Origin: Haliotis rubra
Taxonomy: Eukaryota
DNA length: 64,000 nt
NCBI RefSeq assembly: GCF_003918875.1
Contig: NW_025767730.1
Span: 186,001 to 250,000 of the forward strand
Direction of reading: 5' to 3'
A model generated the notes under the pieces. The model was not told the origin of the DNA. It was given only the letters and a program-made list of their open reading frames with translations, and made no database searches. Numbering within the stretch: the stretch's first letter is position 1; every line of letters starts with the position of its first letter. The position numbers and the translations under genes were made by a program. Shown here piece after piece: positions 49,721 to 60,443 of the stretch.

Positions 49721-52110
49721 GATTACCTCATCTCTTGTAGAGGTTCTATATGGTGGGGTACGCTAATGATTACAGTGATATGTAAAGTAGCCCTTGGTAT
49801 CTTTACCTCATGTCTTGTAGAGGTTCTATATGGTGAGGTAGGCTAATGATTACAGTGATATGTGAAGCAGCCCTTGGTATCTTTACCTCGTCTCTTGTAG
49901 AGGTTCTATATGGTGAGGTAGGCTAATGATTACAGTGACATGTGAAGCAGCCCTTGGTATCTTTACCTCGTCTCTTGTAGAGGTTCTATATGGTGAGGTA
50001 GGCTAATGATTACAGTGATATGTGAAGTGGCCCTTGGTATCTTTACCTCATCTCTTGTAGAGGTTCTATATGGTGAGGTAGGCTAATGATTACAGTGATA
50101 TGTAAAGTAGCCCTCGGTATCTTTACCTCATCTCTTGTAGACGTTCTATATGGTGAGGTAGGCTAATGATTACAGCGATATGTTAAGTAGCCCTCGGTAT
50201 CTTTACCTCGTCTCTTGTAGAGGTTCTGTATGGTGAGGTAGGCTAATGATTACAGTGATATGTGAAGTATCCCTCGGTATCTTCACCTCGTCTCTTGTAG
50301 AGGTTCTATATGGTTAGGTAGGCTAATGATTACAGTGATATGTGAAGTAGACCTCGGTATCTTCACCTCCTCTCTTGTAGAGGTTCTATATGGTGAGGTA
50401 GGCTAATGATTACAGTGATATGTGAAGTATCCCTCGGTATCTTCACCTCGTCTCTTGTAGAGGTTCTATATGGTGGGGTACGCTAATGATTACAGTGATA
50501 TGTAAAGTAGCCCATGGTATCTTTACCTCATGTCTTGTAGAGGTTCTATATGGTGAGGTAGGCTAATGATTACAGTGATATGTCAAGTAGCCCTCGGTAT
50601 CTTTACCTCGTCTCTTGTAGAGGTTCTATATGGTGAGGTAGGCTAATGATTACAGTGACATGTGAAGCAGCCCTTGGTATCTTTACCTCGTCTCTTGTAG
50701 AGGTTCTATATGGTGAGGTAGGCTAATGATTACAGTGATATGTGAAGTAGCCCGTGGTATCTTTACCTCATCTCTTGTAGAGGTTCTATATGGTGAGGTA
50801 GGCTAATGATTACAGTGATATGTAAAGTAGCCCTCGGTATCTTTACCTCATCTCTTGTAGACGTTCTATATGGTGAGGTAGGCTAATGATTACAGTGATA
50901 TGTGAAGTAGCGCTCGGTATCTTTACCTCGTCTCTTGTAGAGGTTCTATATGGTGAGGTAGGCTAATGATTACAGTGATATGTGAAGTAGCCCTTGGTAT
51001 CTTTACCTCATCTCTTGTAGAGGTTCTATATGGTGAGGTAGGCTAATGATTACAGTGATATGTGAAGTAGCCCTCGGTATCTTTACCTCGTCTCTTGTAG
51101 AGGTTCTATATGGTGAGGTAGGCTAATGATTACAGTGATATGTGAAGTAGCCCTTGGTATCTTCACCTCGTCTCTTGTAGAGGCTCTGTATGGTGAGGTA
51201 GGCTAATGATTACAGTGATATGTAAAGTAGCCCTTGGTATCTTCACCTCATCTCTTTTAGAGGTTCTATATGGTGAGGTAGGCTAATGATTACAGTGATA
51301 TGTGAAGTAGCCCTCGGTATCTTTACCTAATCTCTTGTAGAGGTTCTGTATGGTGAGGTTGGCTAATGATTACAGTGATATGTAAAATAGCCCTCGGTAT
51401 CTTTACCTCGTCTCTTGTAGAGGTTCTATATGGTGAGGTAGGCTAATGATTACAGTGATATGTGAAGTAGCCCTTGGTATCTTTACCTCATCTCTTGTAG
51501 AGGCTCTATATGGTGAGGTAGGCTAATGATTACAGTGATATGTGAAGTAGCCCTCGGTATCTTTACCTCGTCTCTTGTAGAGGTTCTATATGGTGAGGTA
51601 GGCTAATGATTACAGTGATATGTGAAGTAGCCCTTGGTATCTTTTACCTCATCTCTTGTAGAGGTTCTATATATGGTGAGGTAGGCTAATGATTACAGTG
51701 ATATGTGAAGTAGCCCTCGGTATCTTTACCTCGTCTCTTGTAGAGGTTCTATATATGGTGAGGTAGGCTAATGATTACAGTGATATGTGAAGTAGCCCTT
51801 GGTATCTTCACCTCGTCTCTTGTAGAGGCTCTGTATGGTGAGGTAGGCTAATGATTACAGTGATATGTAAAGTAGCCCTTGGTATCTTCACCTCATCTCT
51901 TTTAGAGGTTCTATATGGTGAGGTAGGCTAATGATTACAGTGATATGTGAAGTAGCCCTCGGTATCTTTACCTAATCTCTTGTAGAGGTTCTGTATGGTG
52001 AGGTTGGCTAATGATTACAGTGATATGTAAAATAGCCCTTGGTATCTTTAACTCATCTCTTTTAGAGGTTCTATATTGTGATGTTGGCTAATGATTACAG
52101 TGATATGTAA
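49721..52110. repeat. 80-bp satellite, about 30 copies, between the two ACOT13 duplicates
   Basis: Unit ctttacctc(a/g)tctcttgtagaggttctatatggtgaggtaggctaatgattacagtgatatgtgaagtagccct(t/c)ggtat. A single partial monomer lies at about 46248-46290. Confidence 0.97.
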
Positions 52111-52222
52111 ACTTTGGGAAATATGAATCCCATCAAAGTGCACGTGCTCTACCGTCGGCACTGTGAATGTGTGTAGTTTCATTATCTATTCAAGGGAGTT
52201 ACTTCCCTTGAAAGCCACAAAC

Positions 52223-53193
52223 ATGAGTTCATCGGCGCGACCAGTGTTACAAGTGCTCCGGCAACTGGTCGCCAATCGTGTGGCCGCCACGGGGTTCGAG
52301 TCTGTATTGAAACAGGTGAGAGACCGAAACAACAGGGATCTATTTGTAGGCATTCGGCCTATATGCTTTAACCGCGAATACCAGAGTTCGACCAGCGGCT
52401 ATTCTAAAGATAGACTTACCAGGGCTCGTATATAATATTATAAATATTTAATTTAACACAATACCGCAGTAGGCATACAATGCTCAAATTTAAAATTAGT
52501 GTACTGCAGTAGTCCCATACATTTTATAATAATTGTACAGCAACGAAAATAATACATAGGAACTACAGGCTTTCACACTGATAAGTTTTTAAACTGTGAA
52601 CACATCCCTTTTCTTAACACTGAACTTACTTGTTTAGACAATGGAGAATGTCTTTTCAATTCACCTTTTTTTGACGTCTTATGCATTTTGTCAGCTTTGT
52701 AATACACACATACGTACACGGCCAGATTAGTGTGGTGGACGGAGAGGAGGGGCGGTGTGTCTGTGAACTGGTCGTGTCTCCTGAGTTATCCAATCCCCGG
52801 GGTTCACTGCACGGGGGCGTGGCAGCCACGCTGGTGGACGCTGTATCCACGTGGGCGGTCATGACTACCGGTGAGAAGAAACCCGGTGTCACTGTCGACC
52901 TGAACGTTTCGTGAGTTGATCAATTACCTATTACCAACACAGATCGTTATTACTTTATATATATTTTATATCAAGTATTTAAAAAAAAATTGGATATGAA
53001 AGGTCGATTGATTACCAGAGCTTTTCCTTTTTATAGATTTCTGAAAGCGGCACCCACAGGCGAGCCTATACTGATCGACGCACGTACTCTGAGGGTGGGC
53101 AAGACGCTGGCATTTTTGACGGTGGACATCTTGAAGAAAGACTGTGGGACCTTGTTGGCCCAGGGAAAACACACGAAGTTCATGGGAGTGTGA
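52223..53193 (+). CDS. ACOT13: Acyl-CoA thioesterase 13, copy 2, 144 aa
   Basis: Exons 52223-52315, 52726-52910, 53037-53193. Same protein as copy 1. Confidence 0.93.
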
Positions 53194-53876
53194 CCAGTAT
53201 GCCATGGTGTGGTCCTGGATTAAATGGGGGAAAACCGCTTACACCAATATCTGAATCAGTTGAGGGATGCGTACGCGTGTATTTGAAGTATGACAGACAA
53301 GGTGTGAAGCATCATAACATAATTATACACCCAGAACAGATGGTGCTTGTTTGTTTGCTATTTAATGTCCTTCTCAGCAATATTCCAGATGTATTTGCAA
53401 ACAGACCCCACGATCAAGTGATTAACGTCATGGATCCAGGCAGCTGGGTTACCGTGATATGCAATCAACAAAATATTTCAGCCTGGCCACCCGATCTCCT
53501 CCTACAAGCATATATCGCAATGGATGTATGGTCTTATACACGGGATCCTCAATGGTCAAAGTTGATGAAGGACGTGATCTACATTGGACACGTCATCTGT
53601 TTCTGATGTAGTGAGTCAGCATGTAAGCAGTATCGAGAAGTAAATAAATCTTGTTTTCCACAGTGTTTGAGATTTTTCTGTCAGTATTTACTGTAAAATA
53701 TGCCATTGTATACCAAATGGACAACAAATACAGTTCGTCTCCGTTCCACTGAATGTAATATGATACGACCAGACATTCTTCTCATACAGTGGTGTGCCTT
53801 TGAATACGATTACCACCATGATGTCACGGTCTGGCAAGCAGCGTTACAACCACCCTTCGTGCAAACCATTAACCTG

Positions 53877-53983
53877 GACCTAGATTTTCGAAGCTCTCTT
53901 AGCGCTAAGATAGTCGTAAGTTAATGTTAATGTATGGCACTTACGGCTGTCTTAGCGCTAAGAGAGATTCGAAAATCTAGGCC
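53877..53983. mobile_element. 107-bp palindromic MITE (PIF/Harbinger-like, CTG target duplication)
   Basis: Inverted repeats gacctagattttcgaa..ctctcttagcgctaaga / tcttagcgctaagagag..ttcgaaaatctaggcc. Absent from the paralogous site at about 49040, which has a single ctg. Confidence 0.88.
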
Positions 53984-55445
53984 CTGGTGTTTAGTGACTT
54001 ACGTTCAGACGTTCATGTTTTGTAGGAGAGATGTTTATCCTGCAGTTTCACATCACGTGGGGCACTATGAACACCTGTATTTTCTATATTACACTACCCC
54101 CTTGTACCACGTGTGAATGGCTGCGTTAGGTTACTATATGGTCTTCACATGGAAACTGAACAGAACAAAACTGCTGTATCAATAGATTGATGTATTGTGA
54201 AATATGCGGATCGGTGGTGTAAAAGAATGTTATTGCCAAGTGTTTAGTACAGTCCTCTATTTACATTCCATATTCAAACAAAATCATTAATGGCATATGT
54301 GACAAACGCTTGAGTGTTTTGTCAAAGGCGCCGCCCGTTCAAAGTAAAATTGTTTGGACAAGGCGTTATTGTATTATACTGTAATGTTTGATATAAACTA
54401 AAATATAACGCGCCAGACCTTAGTGTGGTGGACGAGGCTCACGTGGGCGATGACTATTTATTCAGTGAGCGACGCGGCATACATTCAAGGGAGATCACTC
54501 CGACAGCCGTATCTAGGTCAACACGACATGGCTCATGATACTGTCATTACAACTACTTCAGACTCAGCACTGCCTTTGAGTTATCGATGAGTTATTTTTC
54601 CTTATCTGAGTGCTTGAACATTTCGACTGTGTAAGCGGTTAGTATTGATCAAAGTAATGCAGGTTTTATCAAATTTTAACACGTGGGTAAAATCCACATA
54701 GAATCAGTGAAAGGGAATTTGGGATTCGAACCAGTGATCATATGATTCCGGCACTCGAAGACCCTGTCTTAAAGTCGTTTTCTCGAATACTGAGCAAATT
54801 TATAGCGGATCCACCCCCACTATTCCTCTGTAGCTTGGAGATACGAATTTGCATATTTTCACCCTAGGTTCTACACATGCATGGTGTTCTGAAACGGCCA
54901 GTGCACAATTAAGTGATGAATGTAACATATACTCTTAAACACATTGCTTAGAGTTTCTTTACTTTCAAATGAACTAGACTTTAGCTTGAAAAGAGCCCAC
55001 TATAACGGTGTTTGAAATAGGGGATTATTTTAGTTGTCTTATTTAAAACGTGTGGCTGAGGCATTCTCCAACTACAGAAAGACTTGCGGGGTCATTTGAT
55101 TCTTTAAAAGTTCGCTGTCTTTCATTGGTGAACCAGCGTGGCAGTATTGAATCTGATGAGTTCTTTTGTGGTCACCCCGGGTACTGAACAGGGACCAACA
55201 GTTTTTAATGAAATAGGCCAAATGACGCACTTGACGTGTGTGTTATTGGGCCACCACAACCTTGTGTATTGTTCATGGTATAAATCGATGCATTGACAGA
55301 CCGCCACGATAAAGTTGGAATCTTTCTGAGTGCGGCACAAAACAACATATTCACATCACCCCAACTCAACAATGTGTATGCCTCAACAGCGTATAGTGAG
55401 CATGGTTTTACACAGCTTTTAGAAAAATCCCAGCAATTCCACACC

Positions 55446-55550
55446 TGGGGACACTAGAAATGGCCTTCACACACTGAAGATGTGGGAATCGAATTCGGTA
55501 GTTTAGCGTGACGAGTGAACACTTTAATCATCATTCTAACTCACCGCCTC
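55446..55550 (-). mobile_element. tRNA-derived SINE, family A, degenerate
   Basis: gggacactagaaatggccttcacacac...gtgggaatcgaa...caccgcctc is the reverse complement of the family head and core. Confidence 0.65.
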
Positions 55551-55791
55551 CGCGTGCTTGGTTGTGTGAGGGTAACCAATTATATCACAAAACAGCTTTC
55601 TTTATATATAATATTTTATTGATCCCGTTAATATTCATTGTTATGTAAACTGTCAGACTGCCCTCTACTGAGTGTTCCAGGTGGGGTGGCGAAGTCACTG
55701 ACTTCCAAATGAAACAGAGATGGCTGGAGAAACCTTGGTCAGTTTTAAACAATACTGTAACTGTTCTATCACAATAAACGTCATTGATCCC

Positions 55792-58700
55792 CTAGTTTTT
55801 GTTGAACTGATACTTGCCGGATCTGAATAGCCACTTTGGTCTCCTAAAAAAATTCTTCTTTGATTTAGTCTCAATTGTTTGTTGCGGGAACATTTTGATT
55901 GACATCTCTACCCGTGGTGACCTCAACGCCGGCGTCTTCTGTGTCACACGACGTGGTTGTGGAGGCGGACTGTCCGGAGTGTCTGGAATTATTGATTGAA
56001 CAAGTACGTCACAAGCTTGATATGGTGGTGTCTAATGAAGCTGGACAATCTATATTGGATTTGTGTTGATCCATTTGTGGACATAGATGATGCAACTAAA
56101 CATTATGTCAAGGGCGTCGTGTACAGTAGAGGGCGTTGACCAAAGAGCAGAGAGCATATAAGTGCGAAAGGGCACGGGACCCTATTCCCCTATAGGATCT
56201 TTGCGCCCAAAGTGTAATAAAATCCCTTGCTTCAACACTGACATACCGCAGTCGTAGTTCGTTTGGTCGAACAGAACTGTGAAACCACCTCCACAGTGAG
56301 AGCACAGTAGGAGCACCATAGCCTTTCCATGTGAATGGTTATGGGCGAAGAGGAGTATTTAAAACGGCGACACAAGCGTTCTCCACACGGATAAAGTGTA
56401 ATACCTGCTTCACGCCCATTCTTGTTGTCGAATAACGCCTCTGAACTTCTTATTAATGGTGTAAATTTATCTCACCTTGAAAACGCCCTGGGTGCCCTCT
56501 GGTTATGACTTCAGCAATGTGACCTTGGTCAGACCTCCTGAGTGCCCGGATGAGGATGTCAACAGCAGTTGGCCCAAATATGGGCAGTAGGTCGAGGAGC
56601 CTGAGCACCTGGTCGGAGACGGACTTCGTGTCCAAGATGTAGTGGACGACTGTTGATGACAGGAGGCCTGAGTCCCGCAGGTAGATGAGAACTAGAGACA
56701 CCAGCAGGTGCTCCACCAGGATCGGATAGCTTGCCTCCACTATAGCCCGGTCTGCAGTCGGCAGCACCTCCACTACAAACACAAGAAGAAGTCAGTAGTG
56801 GGGCACAGTATCACATTTGTCGCTTGGGATGTGGTAGTGAGTGAGTAAATGGAATGAAACAGATTCTGGTCCAGGCTCACCGACCGACCAACTGTGGTAC
56901 AATGATCCATGTCGCCTGAGTACGGTGACTGTATGAGACAGGTTATACATTTTGGTCCTCAGTTTAGGTAAGCATTGAGTAATTGGGATAAAAGTAGACT
57001 TGCACAAGTCTCTAAGGTAACAATTAATAGTTTAAATGATAATTTCCTCAAAAATACAAAATAACAGACTGTACACTTATCTGGACTTGCCTCTTCGAAG
57101 GATAGAATTACTATACACTCATGCGCTCAGCATTCAGTACAGCCTTGGAGCAAGGCTAGAATGAATGTTATGTTATGTGATGGTTGTTTCAGCATTGCTT
57201 TTGGAAGAATGAAGTAAAATCTTATGTCAGCTGGGTAAGCAGCATAAGGAAGTTCAGCAAAATCTATACTGAGAATTCTATATTAGCAATTCTCCGTTAG
57301 ACCTATCATCAGATGTCGAATGGTGGCTTTCAGTATGTAGCGACGGTTATATGTTGGTCCAGTCGTCTATCATACGGGACCTCAACGTGGCCCTGCATCG
57401 TGAGTTCCAATCCCGCATTGATTATGTTTTTTATTTTGTAAATACCAAACCCGCGTTCGTGGGTTTAACAAGGCGTGAAACTTGCATCACTTTGGGTTAT
57501 CCAGCATATCAGGCTAAAAGGCTTTAGCCTTTCATAAACGATGTGTTGGTCCTGAGTATTTCTGAATTTAGGAACATTTGCTCATATCTAGGCTAGCAGT
57601 AGTAGATGTAGGAGAAACGAACGCCGATCTCAGACGTCAGCCTAGTAATGCCATGTCCACAACGCCTGTTTAAGCGAACACCTCTTACATTAATCAACAC
57701 AACTACTTACCTCCTAGAGGGTTGTGCAGCTGGCAATCTACACACGCCTGCACGAGTTGTCCCAACATGGTGGAGCGTCTGCCGTCCACGGTGTTGCTGT
57801 TCCACTCACTGATGACCGACCAGAACAAACCGCTGAAGTCTTCATAGAAATCCAGGTCTTCCCGTAGTCGTGTGAGCGTCTCATGGTTGGGCACGAGGCA
57901 CTGCGAGAACTCCCACACTCGGTCATCTGAAATATGGACAAGTTGAATTAAGCAACACTAACGTCCCCTTCAAGTAGCCCTATCCTTCTGTCAAATCACT
58001 CCTTACGATCAAACACTAAATGACCTATCGGTCCCTTAAGCGAAATACGCATTATGTCGGAAGGTGCACGTTAAATCTCAAAATAATAAAATTAATCATC
58101 ATCATCATCATCATCATCAAGTAACAAAGTGCTTGTCGCAAGAGGCAACGAACGGAATAGGGTGGTCAGATTCACTGACCCAGCGTTAACCCAAATGGGT
58201 AGATTGTCTTCATTGAATACAGACTGCATTCATATGGTTTGAATATTGACGATTAAGGCGTTTAACAACAAAGAAAACAAAATGTGGTAGGGATCTGTAA
58301 ACTGATCTTGAACACTGACAATGCACATATGCGCTACGTACATGAATGTACAACCATGAATCGGAGAATTCATTAGGATGTCATAACTGCACAGTTTTAT
58401 TTGTCAAATCACTGTTGTCACCAACATATCGTTACAGCTATGACCCATGTATGCTTTGTCTGCTTTGAAGTACTGAGAGTGGTTGGGCTGGTTCGGGTTT
58501 GTTTTCAGGACTTTCTCGTACCAAGGAAAGGTTGTAGGTTACAGCAAAATCCCCGGATGTGTGAAGGCAGTGATTTGTCTTTTGTGTCACGCAGAGGGCA
58601 CTGCGAGCTGATTTCGTTAAAGTGTTGAATCCTTTTGTTCACATCCGAGATCGTCTTGTTGGCCAGAACGATGTCTTCCCTGTAGCTGCAGATCTAAACA

Positions 58701-60443
58701 GGTATAGATAGAGTTGTTAACGCAATGATAAAAATGATATAAGGAAATATCAGTAAAAACAGCATCTAACCCTCTTAGCCACGTGAGCTGTGCTAATTTA
58801 CAGAGGGGTACACGAAGTACGTGATTTAGATTATCAGTTGTCGGACTTTTTGTGGAAAGTAGTAAACAGTTATACTTCACTATGAAAGTGTGGTCTCAAA
58901 TATAACATAACAACTTTGTAAAAGGCAATGCTGCAGTATTAAAGTGATGGTGACATTAGCAGTACTGCAGAGAAAGAGATTTCGTTAAGTAGTACTGCAG
59001 TGTAAATAATATTATGAGCAGTACTGCAGAATAAAGAGTGATATAGAATATAGAGTGATGTACACAATATCAACATCTCTTATCATGTTTCATGCTTTTA
59101 AGTGATATTTTATTAAATGTGCGTGGTAGTTGAATTAAGTAGAAAGTAGATGAATTTTGAAAGAGCTTGTATCCAGTAAATGTCAAAATAAAATAACCTC
59201 TTTGGCCAACATATTTGCCAGTTTATCCCTCTGTTGTTCGGTCTCGCGATATCTCGCGACAGGCATTTCTTTTGGTGACAGTTCACCGAATCCGGCATCC
59301 ACGTGACCGGCCCTGCTGGAGTTGCCGAACACGTCATCGTCCTGTAATAAGCAAGCACATGTTCTCAGTTCGATCGGTTTAATGTTGTCACTACGACAAT
59401 TTGTCGGCTTACTGACAAGGCACGGCAAAATAATTGTAAATAACATGTAAAGAACTCTACCACTTGAAGCCTGACCACATTTGAAGTAAATGCAGGCTGG
59501 CCTCGCGGATCCAGGTTCAAGAAACGGTCTCACATTAGTGAGACTTTTCCTACTGGTGTACAGTGAAGGTGCAGTGGGTAAACTCCACACAAATACTGTT
59601 GAGATCAGCGTTAACGCCACGCCCACTCACTAAATCACCAAATCTATTTGTGTCTAGTTATATAGGTCATTGGAAACCAACGCCACAAGCATAACAAAAG
59701 CATACACTTTACAATAAAACATTAACGTGACAGCACCAGAAAGTCAGTAGATCAGGGTTCGATTACCAACATAGGTACAATGTGAGGCCCACTTTTGGTG
59801 TTCCCCGTCGTGATATTGCTGGAATATTGCTAAAAGCGGCGTAAAACTAAACTCACTCATTTGTCTCGCTATTACAATGTGCGGTTATTATCACCTACTA
59901 GAGGCTGTGTAAGGAACTGTTTACTACTGTGACACTCCCCCATCAGAATATACAACTACAGTCGGTTCAAACCTGCTCTGTGTCTGAGTCGATGTCTCCA
60001 ACGGACAATGACGTTGACGGGAAGGTTGTAGCCGCGTAGTCAACTGCTAGTAGTTGACTGCAGCTCTTGGATTTGGTCCTGAACTCTGGCGGTGGTGGCA
60101 GGACAGGAGCCTCTGCGACACTGTTCAACCTCGACGTCCGCCCACACCGTACCTCATTCAGTTCATACTCAAGCTGAGAGATAGTATCTCTGTATTCTCT
60201 TTCCTTCAGTTTCACCAGTGCAAGTTCATTCTCGAGGGAGACAACTCTGTTTTCCGCCTCCATCCTGGCCCACTGCTCTTGTGCCATCTGTGTCTCGAGC
60301 TGCCCCATCCGACCACCTCCAGTTCCTGACTCACTAGGCGGAACTACTATTCCGTTTCTGAAACTACCGTTAAACATTTTCTTGTCAGTCACCGTGTTAC
60401 TGTCGTACGCTTGGATGCCGTGACTGTATTCTGGTTGATACAT
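55792..60443 (-). CDS. Uncharacterised ~496-aa protein: N-terminal coiled coil, death-domain-like region, CARD-like domain, basic tail
   Basis: Six coding exons 60443-59973, 59341-59198, 58693-58522, 57926-57711, 56772-56476, 55982-55792. All GT-AG, phases 0,0,1,1,1, total 1491 nt with no internal stop. CARD-like pattern DRAIVEASYPILVEHL..VLIYL..GLL..I..SVSDQVLRLLDLLPIFGPTAVDILIRALRRSDQGHIAEVI. Upstream UTR acceptor at 60575 and candidate donor near 61812. Confidence 0.8.
59745..59860 (+). mobile_element. tRNA-derived SINE, family A, 5'-degenerate
   Basis: gggttcgatt..acataggtacaatgtgaggccc..gtgatattgctggaatattgctaaaagcggcgtaaaactaaactcactca. Confidence 0.8.

Noticed and set aside
53190-53606. 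138-aa ORF downstream of ACOT13 copy 2
   Set aside because: It lies in 3' UTR and antisense SINE sequence, and it is broken by stops and indels in the paralogous copy.
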